The position numbers and the translations under genes were made by a program. The notes below the pieces were generated by a model. The model did not search any database. It saw only the letters and a program-made list of their open reading frames with translations, and was not told where the DNA came from. Shown here piece after piece: positions 8,146 through 23,605 of a stretch of DNA of 64,000 nucleotides; the first letter of the stretch is position 1; each line of letters starts with the position of its first letter. Origin of the DNA: Aquisalimonas sp. (GTDB lineage Bacteria > Pseudomonadota > Gammaproteobacteria > Nitrococcales > Aquisalimonadaceae); NCBI RefSeq assembly GCF_007120195.1, contig NZ_SKOG01000013.1, positions 767 through 64,766 on the forward strand, in the 5' to 3' direction.

Positions 8146-10362
8146 ATGGTCAGCGTAACCGACGATATCAGCGATCTCTTCGCCCACGGCACACCGTCCC
8201 CGGACGCGTGGCTGGATCGCGTGCTGCCTGGAGCCGGCGAAGGGGAGCGGCAGTTGTTGCGGACTGCCTGGGAGGCGGCTGTTCGGGCTTATGACGGTAA
8301 TCTGCGCCGTTCCGGGGAGGCCTATTTCGAACATGCCCTGGCGGTTGCCAGCATCCTGGCGGCGCTGAAGCTGGATGCCCCAAGCATTGCCGCCGGCCTG
8401 CTCCACGACGGCCCCACTGTCTGCAGCAGAAAGCAGTGGTCTGCCATCTGTGCCACCGTCGGCGGGGAGGTGGCAAACCTGGTGGACGGCGTGGGCCGCA
8501 TGGACGTCATCAGTGATCTGCACGGCCACACAGAGGAAGGCGGCGAGACGGCGAACCGGACCGAGGCCTTGCGCAAAATGCTGTTGGCCATGGCCCAGGA
8601 TATTCGCGTGGTGTTTATTAAGCTCGCGGAGCGCTTGCATGATTTGCGCACCCTGCGGGCGTATCCCCAGGCCGTGCAGCAGCAGGTCGCCCAGGAGACC
8701 ACGGACATCTACGCGCCACTGGCCCATCGGCTGGGGATCTGGCAGGTCAAGTGGGAGATGGAGGATCTGTGCTTCCGTCACCTTGAGCCGGACACCTACA
8801 AGCGTGTGGCGCGGCTGCTGCGGGAAAAACGCCAGGACCGGGAGCGTTATATCCGGCAGGTGACCGATCAGCTCACCGCAGCGCTGCACAGCGCGGGGAT
8901 CGAGGCGGATGTGTACGGCCGCCCCAAGCACATCTACAGCATCTGGAAGAAGATGCAGCGCAAGGGGCTGGGATTCCACGAGCTTTTCGATATCCGTGCC
9001 GTGCGTGTCATGGTGCGTGATGTGGCGGCCTGCTACGCCACGCTGGGGGTGGTGCACAGTCTCTGGCGACACATCCCCAAGGAGTTCGATGACTACATCA
9101 CGACGCCCAAGGAGAACGACTACCAGTCATTGCACACGGCGGTGGTCGGACCCGAGGGCAAGACCCTGGAAGTGCAGATCCGTACCTGGGACATGCACGA
9201 GCAAGCGGAGCTTGGCGTGGCGGCGCACTGGCGCTACAAGGAAGGCGCCAGCAGCCGGGACGCCCGCTTTGAAGAGAAACTCGCCTGGCTGCGTCAGCTC
9301 CTTGAGTGGGGCCGGGAAGACGGCGCAGCGGAGGACTTCATCGACCGCTTCAAGGCCGAGGTCTTCGAGGATCGCGTCTATGCCATCAGCCCCCGGGGCG
9401 ATGTGCTGGACCTCCCCCGGGGCGCGACGCCGCTGGATTTTGCTTACTACATCCATAGCGATGTCGGCCACCGCTGCCGCGGCGGCAAGGTCAATGGCCG
9501 CATTGTTCCGCTGACCTATGAGCTGCGCAACGGCGATCAGGTGGAAATCCTCACCTCGCGCAGGGGTGCCCCGAGCCGTGACTGGTTGAATCCCGCCCTT
9601 GGCTACCTGCGCACGAGCCGGGCCCGTTCCCGGGTCCGCGCCTGGTTCCGGCAGCAGGATCACGCCAAAAACGTGGCCGCCGGGCGGCAGATCCTGGAGC
9701 GCGAGTTCCACCGTCTGGGCGTGCAGGATGTGAACCTGGAGCGGCTGGCGGAGAAGAGCCGCTATTCGAAGATGGACGATTTTCTCGCCGCCATCGGGCG
9801 CGGTGACGCCAGCGGTGGCTACATCGCCGGGTTGCTGAGAGACCAGGTGCTGCCTCGCCGTGACCCCGGTGATGCCCTGCCACAGGGGCCGGCTCCGGGC
9901 GGCGGAGAGCAGACCGACGAGGTCTCCATCTACGGGGTCGGGAATCTGCTGACCCGGCAGGCGGGCTGCTGCAAGCCGGCGCCCGGGGATGCGGTGGTGG
10001 GGTTCATCACCCGGGGGCAGGGTGTCACCATCCACCGGCGCGATTGCAACAACGTGCGGCGGTTGCAGGAGACATCGCCGGAGCGGCTGATCGATGTGAG
10101 CTGGAGTCGGCATGCTGAACAGAAGTATCCAGTGGACATCCAGGTGGACGCTTACGATCGCCAGGGCCTGTTGCGGGATATCACCGCCATTCTCACCAAC
10201 GAGAAGGTGAACGTCACCGGCGTGAACACGACCACCGGCAGGCAGGACCACCAGGCGCGGATGACGCTCACCGTGGAGATCGGCGATGTGACCCAGATGA
10301 GCCGCCTCATGGACCGGATCGCCGCATTGCGCAATGTGCGGGATGTGCGGCGGAAGGCATGA
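8146..10362 (+). CDS. relA: RelA/SpoT-family (p)ppGpp synthetase
   Basis: Contains a RelA_SpoT synthetase region (YSIWKKMQRKG...DIRAVRV...DYQSLHT...EVQIRT), a TGS domain and a C-terminal ACT domain. The start at MVSVTDD parallels E. coli RelA MVAVRS. An alternative upstream ATG lies at 8068. Confidence 0.88.
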   Translation: MVSVTDDISDLFAHGTPSPDAWLDRVLPGAGEGERQLLRTAWEAAVRAYDGNLRRSGEAYFEHALAVASILAALKLDAPSIAAGLLHDGPTVCSRKQWSAICATVGGEVANLVDGVGRMDVISDLHGHTEEGGETANRTEALRKMLLAMAQDIRVVFIKLAERLHDLRTLRAYPQAVQQQVAQETTDIYAPLAHRLGIWQVKWEMEDLCFRHLEPDTYKRVARLLREKRQDRERYIRQVTDQLTAALHSAGIEADVYGRPKHIYSIWKKMQRKGLGFHELFDIRAVRVMVRDVAACYATLGVVHSLWRHIPKEFDDYITTPKENDYQSLHTAVVGPEGKTLEVQIRTWDMHEQAELGVAAHWRYKEGASSRDARFEEKLAWLRQLLEWGREDGAAEDFIDRFKAEVFEDRVYAISPRGDVLDLPRGATPLDFAYYIHSDVGHRCRGGKVNGRIVPLTYELRNGDQVEILTSRRGAPSRDWLNPALGYLRTSRARSRVRAWFRQQDHAKNVAAGRQILEREFHRLGVQDVNLERLAEKSRYSKMDDFLAAIGRGDASGGYIAGLLRDQVLPRRDPGDALPQGPAPGGGEQTDEVSIYGVGNLLTRQAGCCKPAPGDAVVGFITRGQGVTIHRRDCNNVRRLQETSPERLIDVSWSRHAEQKYPVDIQVDAYDRQGLLRDITAILTNEKVNVTGVNTTTGRQDHQARMTLTVEIGDVTQMSRLMDRIAALRNVRDVRRKA

Positions 10363-10477
10363 CGCGCTGGTGAAGGTGTGCGTCGTCGGCGCGCAAAACC
10401 CCTCACGATGGACACTTCATGCCGCATTACCGTAAAATGCGCGCCACTTCGCGGGGGCCTCAACACGGGTGTGTCGG

Positions 10478-10514
10478 AGCGGGAGGGGTCAATCCATGAT
10501 TCCTCCCGCTTTTG
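10478..10514 (+). terminator. hairpin plus T-run between relA and carA
   Basis: AGCGGGAGG-15 nt-CCTCCCGCT followed by TTTG. It could terminate relA transcription or act as a carA leader attenuator. Confidence 0.4.
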
Positions 10515-10586
10515 CGTGTGTGCCCGACAGGCCAGTCGTCGATGATTGCGGCCCAGCGATAATCGGGATGTAGGGAGAGGGGGCAG

Positions 10587-11729
10587 TTGAGCAAGCCGGC
10601 AATTCTTGCGCTGGAAGACGGAACCCGATTCCAGGGCGAATCCATCGGTGCCGACGGCCGAAGCGTGGGCGAGGTCGTATTCAATACGGCCATGACGGGT
10701 TATCAGGAGATCTGCACGGATCCGTCCTACAGCCGGCAGCTGGTCACGCTCACGTATCCGCACGTGGGCAACACGGGCACCAACCCCGTGGACCAGGAAT
10801 CGGAGGGTCCGAAGCTGGCCGGGTTGATCGTCCGCGATCTGCCACTGCGCGCGAGCAGCTGGCGCAGTGCCGTCGGGCTGAGCACCTATCTCGAGACCCG
10901 CGGCATCGTCGCCCTCGCCGGGATCGATACCCGCCGCCTGACCCGCATGCTGCGGGAGAAAGGCGCTCAGAACGGGTGCATTATGGCGGGCGACGTGAAC
11001 GTTGAGGCCGCTGTCCAGGCGGCACGGGATTTTCCCGGACTCAAGGGCATGGATCTCGCCCAGAGTGCATCGACTTCGCGGCCCTACGAATGGCGCCAGG
11101 GCTCCTGGTATCTGGACCTGGGCCGCGCCGATTCTGGCGACCGTGCCGATACCGACCTGCCCTGGCACGTGGTTGCCTATGACTACGGCATCAAGCGCAA
11201 CATCCTGCGCATGCTGGTCGATCACGACTGCCGGGTGACCGTGGTGCCGGCGACGACGCCGGCCGAGGAGGTTCTGGCCATGGATCCGGATGGCGTCTTT
11301 TTCTCCAACGGCCCGGGTGATCCGCAGCCCTGCGATTACGCCATCGAGGCCATCCGCTCCCTGGTGGACGCGGGTGTGCCGAGTTTTGGTATCTGCCTCG
11401 GGCATCAGCTGCTCGGGCTTGCCAGTGGGGCCCGCTCCGTGAAAATGAAGTTCGGCCACCACGGCGCCAACCACCCGGTGCAGGATCTGGACTCGGGGCG
11501 GGTGATGATCTCGAGCCAGAATCACGGGTTTGCGGTGGATGAGGCCTCACTGCCCGCGAACCTGCGCGCCACGCAGCGGTCGTTATTCGACGGCACGCTA
11601 CAAGGGATCCACCGCACCGACCGACCGGCATTCGGTTTTCAGGGACACCCTGAGGCGAGCCCGGGCCCGCATGACGTGCGTCCGCTGTTCGCGCATTTCG
11701 TCGAGTTGATCCGGGAATACCGGGGCTGA
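10587..11729 (+). CDS. carA: carbamoyl-phosphate synthase small (glutaminase) subunit
   Basis: 380 aa. Typical N-terminus ...[18 protein letters not shown] and the GATase catalytic region GICLGHQLL. The ORF track gives a TTG start. Confidence 0.95.
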   Translation: MSKPAILALEDGTRFQGESIGADGRSVGEVVFNTAMTGYQEICTDPSYSRQLVTLTYPHVGNTGTNPVDQESEGPKLAGLIVRDLPLRASSWRSAVGLSTYLETRGIVALAGIDTRRLTRMLREKGAQNGCIMAGDVNVEAAVQAARDFPGLKGMDLAQSASTSRPYEWRQGSWYLDLGRADSGDRADTDLPWHVVAYDYGIKRNILRMLVDHDCRVTVVPATTPAEEVLAMDPDGVFFSNGPGDPQPCDYAIEAIRSLVDAGVPSFGICLGHQLLGLASGARSVKMKFGHHGANHPVQDLDSGRVMISSQNHGFAVDEASLPANLRATQRSLFDGTLQGIHRTDRPAFGFQGHPEASPGPHDVRPLFAHFVELIREYRG

Positions 11730-11795
11730 GCGGGACCTCCGGCCACAGCGCGGCGGCGCCCCTGACAGCGCGCCGCGAGAGACGAGCAGGAATCC

Positions 11796-15016
<3,221 letters not shown>

Positions 15017-15020
<4 letters not shown>

Positions 15021-15493
15021 GTAAGGTACCCTTGACGGCTCGTGGTGCCGAAAAACTGCGCGAGGAGCTCAATCACCTCAAGTATTCGGAGCGCCCGCGT
15101 ATTATCACGGCGATCGCAGAGGCACGCGCACACGGGGATCTCAAGGAAAACGCCGAGTACCATGCGGCCCGCGAGCAGCAGAGTTTCGTGGAAGGGCGCA
15201 TCAAGGATATCGAGGGCAAGCTCTCCAACGCCCAAGTCATCGACGTCACGTCGATGCCCAACAACGGCCGCGTGATTTTTGGTGCCACTGTGGATCTGGT
15301 GGACCTGGAAACCGACGAGGAGATCACCTATCGGATCGTCGGCGAGGACGAGGCGGATATCAAGCAGGGGTTGTTATCGGTTCAGTCGCCGTTCGCCCGG
15401 GCCCTGATCGGCAAGGAGGCGGGCGACGTCGCCGCGGTGGATGCCCCCGGCGGCATCCGAGAGCTGGAAATTGCGGGAGTGAAGTATCTGTAG
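15017..15493 (+). CDS. greA: transcription elongation factor GreA
   Basis: 158 aa, [19 protein letters not shown]....[25 protein letters not shown]. It overlaps the carB stop by 4 nt. Confidence 0.95.
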
Positions 15494-15502
15494 TGTGGGG
15501 TC

Positions 15503-15805
15503 TCACGGCAAGGCGATCGTGCGCTTCTTCTCGATGCGTGAGCGGCGGAAAATCAGCGCGACGTGACCCATGGCCTGGACGAGTGTGGCGTCACAGTCCC
15601 GGCAGATCGTCTCGACCAGCGCCTTGCGCTCGGCGCGGTTGTCGGCGAGGATTTTGACCTTGATGAGTTCATGGGCGTCCAAGGCCTGACCGATTTCGTC
15701 GAGCACGTTCGCAGTCAGACCCGCTCCCCCCATGCGAACCACTGGCTTGAGCTGGTGGCCAAGGCGCCGTAGGTGGCGTTTCTGCTGTTCATTCAGATGG
15801 ATCAT
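15503..15805 (-). CDS. yhbY: YhbY-type CRM-domain RNA-binding protein
   Basis: 100 aa, L..QQKRHLRRLGH.LKPVV..G..GLT..VL.EI..AL..HELIKVK. It is divergent from rlmE, as in E. coli. Confidence 0.88.
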   Translation of the reverse strand: MIHLNEQQKRHLRRLGHQLKPVVRMGGAGLTANVLDEIGQALDAHELIKVKILADNRAERKALVETICRDCDATLVQAMGHVALIFRRSRIEKKRTIALP

Positions 15806-15896
15806 GGCCGATCAACCCACACAACCGAATAAGCGGGCCGGGAGTCTAGCACGGGGCAAGGAGTCGGCTCACCAGATTCTGCTTCCGGGCGTGAAG

Positions 15897-16100
15897 ATGG
15901 ATCTGGCGGTGGTTGTGCTGCTGCTGGCCTGCCTGTGGTTCATCGTCGCCGTGGCCGATCTGTCACGCGCAGGCGAAGTGGCGGCCCTGCTCGGCGGCTC
16001 GGTACTGATCTGCGGCTGGCTGGTGTGGCGGACTCAGGCGGCGATGCGCCGGATTCGGCGCTCTGCCGGGGAGGCGGGTGATGGGCAGAAGCAAAAGTAG
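15897..16100 (+). CDS. hypothetical small 2-TM membrane protein (uncertain)
   Basis: 67-aa [25 protein letters not shown]...[15 protein letters not shown] with GC-rich third codon positions. I recognise no homolog. It overlaps the rlmE start by about 20 nt. The longer version starting at 15804 would share a CATG with the yhbY start codon. Confidence 0.3.
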   Translation: MDLAVVVLLLACLWFIVAVADLSRAGEVAALLGGSVLICGWLVWRTQAAMRRIRRSAGEAGDGQKQK

Positions 16101-16701
16101 CAGCCGCTGGCTGCAGGAGCATTTTGGCGATCAGTGGGTCAAGCAGGCCCAGAAGCATGGCTATCGCTCCCGCGCTGCATTCAAGCTGCTGGAAATCCAG
16201 GAAAAGGACCGTATTCTGCGGCCCGGGATGCGGGTCGTGGATCTGGGCGCTGCGCCGGGCGGCTGGTCCCAGGTCGCGGGTGAGATTCTGGGTGGTCATG
16301 GACAAGTCGTGGCACTGGATAGCCTGCCCATGGACGCCATTGCCGATGTCATTGTCCTGCAGGCGGATTTTACCACCGACCCGGGGTTGGCGATGTTGCA
16401 GGGTGCCGTTGGCGAGACGCCGGTGGACCTTGTAATGTCGGATATGGCCCCCAACCTCAGTGGTATGAGCGCCGTGGATCAGCCACGTGCCATGCACTTG
16501 GCGGAACTCGCACTTGAGTTCGCCAGGGAAACACTGAAACCTAAAGGTGATTTACTGGTCAAGACCTTTCAAGGGGAAGGTTTTGATGCGTTTGTGCGCG
16601 AGTTGCGCGGCGGCTTCAGCCGCGTGATGACACGCAAGCCCGCCGCATCGCGCGACCGGAGCCGGGAAGTGTATTTGTTGGCCCGGGAATCGCGCCTGTA
16701 G
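16081..16701 (+). CDS. rlmE: 23S rRNA 2'-O-ribose U2552 methyltransferase RlmE (FtsJ)
   Basis: [38 protein letters not shown] and the SAM motif [18 protein letters not shown] one codon upstream (16078) is an alternative start. Confidence 0.94.
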   Translation: MGRSKSSSRWLQEHFGDQWVKQAQKHGYRSRAAFKLLEIQEKDRILRPGMRVVDLGAAPGGWSQVAGEILGGHGQVVALDSLPMDAIADVIVLQADFTTDPGLAMLQGAVGETPVDLVMSDMAPNLSGMSAVDQPRAMHLAELALEFARETLKPKGDLLVKTFQGEGFDAFVRELRGGFSRVMTRKPAASRDRSREVYLLARESRL

Positions 16702-16796
16702 TACTGTTCGGGCCATGCGTCCGAGTCGCATTCATTTCCTAAGTTTTCGCCGCGCTTGGATGAGCGGGCGGAGCGCAACAGCCGAGGTGCAGCACC

Positions 16797-18734
<1,938 letters not shown>

Positions 18735-18758
18735 GCTCAGGGGCGAGGAGGCCGTGTC

Positions 18759-19619
18759 ATGGCGCTTGCGGATGCGCCCGTCCTCGACTGCGGCGGCAGG
18801 CAGTTGACGCTTGACCGGCCACGCATCATGGGTGTGCTCAATGTCACCCCGGATTCGTTTTCGGACGGGGGTGACTTCTTTTCTCCGCAAGCGGCGCTGG
18901 AGCAGGCCCGGCGCATGGTAGGACAGGGGGCGGACATCATCGATATCGGTGGCGAGTCCACGCGCCCCGGGGCCGAAGCGGTGCCTGCGGCTGAGGAACT
19001 GCGCCGTATCGGCCCGGTCCTGGAGGTGCTTTGCAGCGAACTGGATGTCCCCGTCTCCGTCGACACCTCCAAGCCCGAAGTCATGACGGCGGCCGCCAAG
19101 GCCGGCGCCGGCATGATCAATGACGTGTTCGCGCTGCGGGCCGAAGGCGCCTTGGACGCCGCAGCTGCCACGGGTTTGCCGGTCTGTGTGATGCACATGC
19201 AGGGTGTACCGCGGACCATGCAGCGCAACCCCGTCTACGGGGATGTCGTGGAGGATGTCTACGGGTTCCTTGCCGAACGCCTGGGAGTCTGCGAGCGTGC
19301 TGGTATTGGGCGTGAGCGCCTGGTGGTGGACCCGGGGTTCGGTTTCGGCAAGACACTGGTGCACAATTATCAGTTGCTGGGTGGGCTGCAGCGCTTCCAG
19401 GGCCTGGAGGTGCCGATGCTCGTGGGCCTGTCCCGCAAGTCCATGCTGGGTACGCTCCTGGACCGTCCGGCGGATCAACGCCTCCATGCAGGCACCGCCG
19501 CGGCCACCTTGGCCGCTTGGCAAGGCGCCCGATTGATCCGCGTTCACGATGTCGTCGCAACAGTGGACGCAATGGCCGTTGTGGCCGCGGCACGCGATCC
19601 GGAGGCTCTGCTAGGCTGA
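18759..19619 (+). CDS. folP: dihydropteroate synthase
   Basis: 286 aa, IMGVLNVTPDSFSDGG...GADIIDIGGESTRPGA...VSVDT...INDV...GFGFGKT. Confidence 0.94.
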   Translation: MALADAPVLDCGGRQLTLDRPRIMGVLNVTPDSFSDGGDFFSPQAALEQARRMVGQGADIIDIGGESTRPGAEAVPAAEELRRIGPVLEVLCSELDVPVSVDTSKPEVMTAAAKAGAGMINDVFALRAEGALDAAAATGLPVCVMHMQGVPRTMQRNPVYGDVVEDVYGFLAERLGVCERAGIGRERLVVDPGFGFGKTLVHNYQLLGGLQRFQGLEVPMLVGLSRKSMLGTLLDRPADQRLHAGTAAATLAAWQGARLIRVHDVVATVDAMAVVAAARDPEALLG

Positions 19620-19669
19620 GAGCAGAGTTCCCGGGGCAGCGGGCCCTCCGTTAGATAGAGGGAACTGTC

Positions 19670-21007
19670 ATGACACGCAAGTATTTTGGCACCGACGGCA
19701 TCCGCGGTCGCGTCGGCGAGCCGCCTATCACCGCGGATTTCATGCTCAAGCTGGGCTGGGCGCTGGGTCGTGTACTCGCGCGGCGGGACCAGGATCTGGT
19801 GCTGATCGGCAAGGACACGCGCATTTCCGGCTACATGTTCGAGTCCGCCTTGGAGGCCGGGTTGTCCGCGGCCGGGACGGACATTCGGCTCCTTGGTCCC
19901 ATGCCGACGCCGGCTATCGCCTATCTCACCAGCACCCTGGATGCGGGCGCCGGAATTGTCATCAGCGCCTCCCATAACCCCCATGAGGACAACGGCGTGA
20001 AGTTCTTCTCCCGGGATGGGGGGAAACTGGATGACACGGCCGAGGCCGCCATCGAGGCGGAACTTGAGGCGCCGTTGGAGACTGTGGCCTCCGCCGACTT
20101 GGGCAAGGTCTCGCGCATGAGTGACGCCCCCGGGCGCTATATCGAGTTCTGCAAGAGCACGATTGCCCGCGACGTGCGCTTGAATGGCCTGACGCTGGTG
20201 CTGGATTGTGCCAACGGTGCAACCTACCACGTGGGCCCGGAGGTTTTCCGCGAGCTCGGCGCCGCTGTGATCACCCTCGGCGATCAGCCCGACGGCCTCA
20301 ATATCAATGTGGATTGTGGGTCCACGCAACCCGAAGCCTTGCAGCAGGCGGTACGGCGTCATGGTGCCGACGCGGGGATCGCCTTTGATGGCGACGGGGA
20401 CAGACTGATTATGGTGGATGCCAATGGCGAGATCGTCGACGGTGACGAGGTGCTCTACATCATCGCCAGTGCCCGCCACGCCGCGGGGCGTCTTCGGGGG
20501 CCGGTGGTCGGCACGCTCATGAGCAACCTGGGCCTCGAGCATGCCCTGGCGGGCGAGGGTATCGCGTTTCGCCGGGCACGGGTGGGTGATCGCTACGTGC
20601 TGGAGATGCTACGCCAGGAGCATGGCCTGATCGGTGGGGAATCCTCCGGGCATGTCGTGTGTCTGGATCGAACGACCACCGGCGATGGTATCGTCTCGGC
20701 GCTGCAGGTGCTGGAGTGCATGGTGCGCAGCAAGCGCTCCCTGGACACCCTGCGCCGCGGGATGAGCAAGTATCCCCAGCACATGGTCAATGTGCCCGTG
20801 GCACGTCGTGCGGCGCCGACTGACCTGGCGAGCCTGCAAGACGACGTCGCCGCCGTTGAGCGCGAGCTGGACGGGCGAGGGCGCGTCCTGCTGCGGCCGT
20901 CAGGGACAGAGCCCGTGATCCGCGTCATGGTCGAAGGGCAGGACCGGGACCTGGTCGAGCGCTACAGCCACAGGCTTGCGGATGCTGTCGGCCGGATGTT
21001 GAGCTAG
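19670..21007 (+). CDS. glmM: phosphoglucosamine mutase
   Basis: 445 aa, [10 protein letters not shown] and the active-site motif SASHNP. It keeps the ftsH-folP-glmM order. Confidence 0.95.
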   Translation: MTRKYFGTDGIRGRVGEPPITADFMLKLGWALGRVLARRDQDLVLIGKDTRISGYMFESALEAGLSAAGTDIRLLGPMPTPAIAYLTSTLDAGAGIVISASHNPHEDNGVKFFSRDGGKLDDTAEAAIEAELEAPLETVASADLGKVSRMSDAPGRYIEFCKSTIARDVRLNGLTLVLDCANGATYHVGPEVFRELGAAVITLGDQPDGLNINVDCGSTQPEALQQAVRRHGADAGIAFDGDGDRLIMVDANGEIVDGDEVLYIIASARHAAGRLRGPVVGTLMSNLGLEHALAGEGIAFRRARVGDRYVLEMLRQEHGLIGGESSGHVVCLDRTTTGDGIVSALQVLECMVRSKRSLDTLRRGMSKYPQHMVNVPVARRAAPTDLASLQDDVAAVERELDGRGRVLLRPSGTEPVIRVMVEGQDRDLVERYSHRLADAVGRMLS

Positions 21008-21079
21008 CCACGCCGTGACAAGCGCCGCGCTGTTCGGCTATGATCCGCAGCTATTTTTCTGTCGCTCGAGAATGACCGT

Positions 21080-21829
21080 ATGAGGCGACCGCTCGTTACT
21101 GGTAACTGGAAGATGCATGGGTCCCGGTCGACGATACGGGCGCTGATGACGGCGCTGTGTCATGGTGTAAAGGACCGGGGAGCGGCTGATATTCTGGTGC
21201 TGCCTCCCGCCATTTACATCCCTGATGTGATCCGATTGGCGGATGGCACGCGCATCGCCGTGGGGGCGCAGAATGTTGGCGACCAGGATCAGGGTGCCTA
21301 TACCGGAGAAATCGCGGCTGATATGCTCGCTGACTTCGGCTGCAGCCACGCCCTAGTGGGGCATTCCGAGCGACGCCTGCTTTATGGGGAGACGGACGCA
21401 CTGGTCGCGGCACGGTTCGCGGCGGCGCAGCGGCATGGCCTGACGCCCATTTTCTGCGTAGGAGAAACCCTCGAGCAGCGCGACGCGGGCGAGACGGAAG
21501 CCGTTGTCGGCGCGCAGCTCGACGTCGTCGCCGCCAAAGTGGGTGCCCTCGCACTGGAACGTGCGGTCGTGGCCTATGAACCGGTCTGGGCCATTGGCAC
21601 GGGGCGAGCTGCCTCGCCGGAGCAGGCGCAGGCCGTGCACGCCTTTATTAGGGCACACTTGGCGACCCATGGTGCAGGGGCTACGCGGATGCGGCTGCTC
21701 TACGGTGGCAGCGTCAAGGCGGACATGGCTGGCGAGCTGTTCGCCATGCCCGATATCGACGGAGCTCTGGTTGGTGGTGCGTCGCTCAAGGCGAATGAGT
21801 TTCTTAACATCATTGCGCGGGCCGACTAG
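21080..21829 (+). CDS. tpiA: triosephosphate isomerase
   Basis: 249 aa, RRPLVTGNWKMHG...VGHSERR...AYEPVWAIGTG...YGGS. The TAG stop lies inside the terminal CTAG of the palindromic element. Confidence 0.95.
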   Translation: MRRPLVTGNWKMHGSRSTIRALMTALCHGVKDRGAADILVLPPAIYIPDVIRLADGTRIAVGAQNVGDQDQGAYTGEIAADMLADFGCSHALVGHSERRLLYGETDALVAARFAAAQRHGLTPIFCVGETLEQRDAGETEAVVGAQLDVVAAKVGALALERAVVAYEPVWAIGTGRAASPEQAQAVHAFIRAHLATHGAGATRMRLLYGGSVKADMAGELFAMPDIDGALVGGASLKANEFLNIIARAD

Positions 21830-21993
21830 TGTCCTGTCCCGTAAATAAGTTGCGAAAATTGGCGTGGATTCTGATGGTTCCTGGCAAGGCGCGTCGACGA
21901 GGCGTAGCGGGGACTACGGCGAGGAGGCGCAACGCCGCCAGGGGCCGTCAGGGCCGCGACAATCGTAACGTTATTTGCGGGATAGGACACTAG
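21826..21993. repeat. CTAG-flanked palindromic element, copy 2 (MITE/REP-like)
   Basis: The arms CTAGTGTCCTGTCCCGTAAATAAGTTGCGA... and ...TCGTAACGTTATTTGCGGGATAGGACACTAG pair with 3 transition mismatches and small indels. The core GGCGTAGCGGGGACTACGGCGAGGA is shared with copy 1. Confidence 0.8.
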
Positions 21994-22028
21994 GCGCGGC
22001 GCGCGCGACTCGTTGCAAGAGGGCCTGG

Positions 22029-22400
22029 ATGGCACAGATTATCCTGATCTTTCACGTCGCGATTGCCATTGCGCTGGTGGTGCTGGTGTTGCTGCAGCAT
22101 GGCAAGGGCGCCGACGCAGGGGCTGCTTTCGGCAGTGGTGCGTCGAGTACGGTCTTCGGCGCCAGGGGTTCGGCCTCTTTTCTGTCTCGAATGACGGCAG
22201 TGCTGGCGGCGAGCTTCTTTATCACCAGCCTGACGCTGGCTATGCTGGCGGCCCGGGATGCCGGGCCCGGCAGTGTGCTGGATCGGGCCGGCGACGAGCC
22301 CGCGGCTCCCGTCGAAGAGGTGCCAGCTGAGGAGGAAGACGAGCCCGACGAAGCGCCGGACGCGCCGGGTGATGCCCCGGCCGCGCCGCCCGGGGACTGA
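22029..22400 (+). CDS. secG: preprotein translocase subunit SecG
   Basis: [47 protein letters not shown] is the canonical SecG N-terminus. The C-terminal tail is acidic and proline-rich. The longer ORF from 21975 starts inside the repeat element, so I rejected it. Confidence 0.9.
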   Translation: MAQIILIFHVAIAIALVVLVLLQHGKGADAGAAFGSGASSTVFGARGSASFLSRMTAVLAASFFITSLTLAMLAARDAGPGSVLDRAGDEPAAPVEEVPAEEEDEPDEAPDAPGDAPAAPPGD

Positions 22401-22496
22401 CATCGGCGGCCTCTGGGTATTCCCCGATGCTGGCCTGCCATGTGCTGTGACAGGGTTGGTCACGATGCCGGAGTCTGGTACCCTCACGACCTGCTC

Positions 22497-22581
22497 GCGG
22501 ATGTGGTGGAACTGGTAGACACGCTGTCTTGAGGGGGCAGTGGCGCAAGCCGTGCCGGTTCGAGTCCGGCCATCCGCACCA
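22497..22581 (+). tRNA. tRNA-Leu (anticodon GAG), long variable arm, CCA encoded
   Basis: I folded the cloverleaf by hand. Acceptor stem GCGGATG/CATCCGC, anticodon stem CTGTC/GGCAG, loop TTGAGGG, T arm CCGGTTCGAGTCCGG. The position after secG matches E. coli leuU. Confidence 0.9.
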
Positions 22582-22591
22582 ACTCCCAGCT

Positions 22592-22627
22592 GGCCCGGTA
22601 GAGCCGGGCCCACTCTTGATTTTTTTA
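22592..22627 (+). terminator. rho-independent terminator after tRNA-Leu
   Basis: GGCCCGG-TAGAG-CCGGGCC followed a few nt later by a T-rich run (TTGATTTTTTTATTTTT). Confidence 0.7.
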
Positions 22628-22649
22628 TTTTTAATCAAATAGTTGCTAT

Positions 22650-22678
22650 TTGACAGCTAGCCGTGGCTGCTCTACACT
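22650..22678 (+). promoter_or_regulatory. candidate nuo operon promoter with an AT-rich UP-like region upstream
   Basis: TTGACA, a 17-nt spacer, then TACACT. It is preceded by the most AT-rich stretch in this part of the window (22618-22648) and lies about 85 nt upstream of nuoA. Confidence 0.55.
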
Positions 22679-22763
22679 TCGCGCGGTAACCTCACTGTGC
22701 GGTGGTCCGAGCGCATTTTCACGCATGCGTTGTGGCTACCCTGGCCCGCGAGGAATGCAGCCG

Positions 22764-23120
22764 ATGCTTGTAGAGTATGTACCGATCCTGCTGTTCATCC
22801 TGGTCGGGTTGGGGGTTGGCGGCTTACTGATCGTCGCCGGCTTCATTCTCGGGCCAAGACGCCCCAACGACGAGAAACTCTCACCCTACGAATGCGGCTT
22901 TGAGGCGTTCGAGGACACGCGTATGCGCTTCGACGTGCGCTACTACCTCGTCGCCATCCTGTTCATTATTTTTGACCTGGAGATCGCTTTCCTCTTCCCC
23001 TGGGCCATCGTGCTTGACGACATCGGCTTGTTCGGCTTTGCTGCTATGGGGGTTTTCCTGGTCATTCTGCTGATCGGTTTTCTCTACGAGTGGAAGAAAG
23101 GGGCGCTGGAATGGGAGTAG
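22764..23120 (+). CDS. nuoA: NADH-quinone oxidoreductase subunit A
   Basis: 118 aa from [15 protein letters not shown]...[10 protein letters not shown]...[17 protein letters not shown] lies 9 nt upstream. The upstream part of the ORF track entry is non-coding leader. Confidence 0.93.
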   Translation: MLVEYVPILLFILVGLGVGGLLIVAGFILGPRRPNDEKLSPYECGFEAFEDTRMRFDVRYYLVAILFIIFDLEIAFLFPWAIVLDDIGLFGFAAMGVFLVILLIGFLYEWKKGALEWE

Positions 23121-23587
23121 AAGGCGTTCTCGACAAGGGGTTTGTCACCACCTCCGCCGACAAGCTAATCAACTGGGCGCGAACCGGTTCCATGTGGCCG
23201 ATGACCTTCGGTTTGGCCTGCTGTGCTGTCGAGATGATGCACTGCGGCGCCGCCCGCTATGACATGGACCGCCTGGGCGTGATTTTTCGCCCCAGCCCCC
23301 GGCAGTCGGACGTCATGATTGTGGCCGGTACCCTTTGCAACAAAATGGCTCCGGCCCTGCGCAAGGTCTATGACCAGATGTCGGACCCCAAGTGGGTCAT
23401 CTCGATGGGCTCCTGCGCAAACGGTGGGGGCTACTATCATTACTCGTACGCGGTGGTGCGGGGTTGTGACCGTATCGTACCCGTGGATATCTACGTGCCC
23501 GGCTGCCCGCCAACGGCGGAAGCATTGCTCTACGGCATCGTTCAGCTGCAGAACAAGATCTGGCGCACGAATACGATTGCTCGCTAA
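23111..23587 (+). CDS. nuoB: NADH-quinone oxidoreductase subunit B
   Basis: [43 protein letters not shown] and the Fe-S ligand motifs [10 protein letters not shown] and PGCPP. Confidence 0.95.
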   Translation: MGVEGVLDKGFVTTSADKLINWARTGSMWPMTFGLACCAVEMMHCGAARYDMDRLGVIFRPSPRQSDVMIVAGTLCNKMAPALRKVYDQMSDPKWVISMGSCANGGGYYHYSYAVVRGCDRIVPVDIYVPGCPPTAEALLYGIVQLQNKIWRTNTIAR

Positions 23588-23605
23588 CAGCAGAGACTCC
23601 AGCTC

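Noticed and set aside
7888-9072. 394-aa minus-strand ORF, and the plus-strand ORF 7462-8052, which both end in KRQRISVTGH
   Set aside because: The identical C-terminal peptide is simply the palindromic element translated on both strands. The remainder is antisense to relA or lexA.
21975-22028. N-terminal extension of secG in the ORF track
   Set aside because: The extension starts inside the palindromic repeat. The canonical SecG N-terminus ([10 protein letters not shown]...) begins at 22029.
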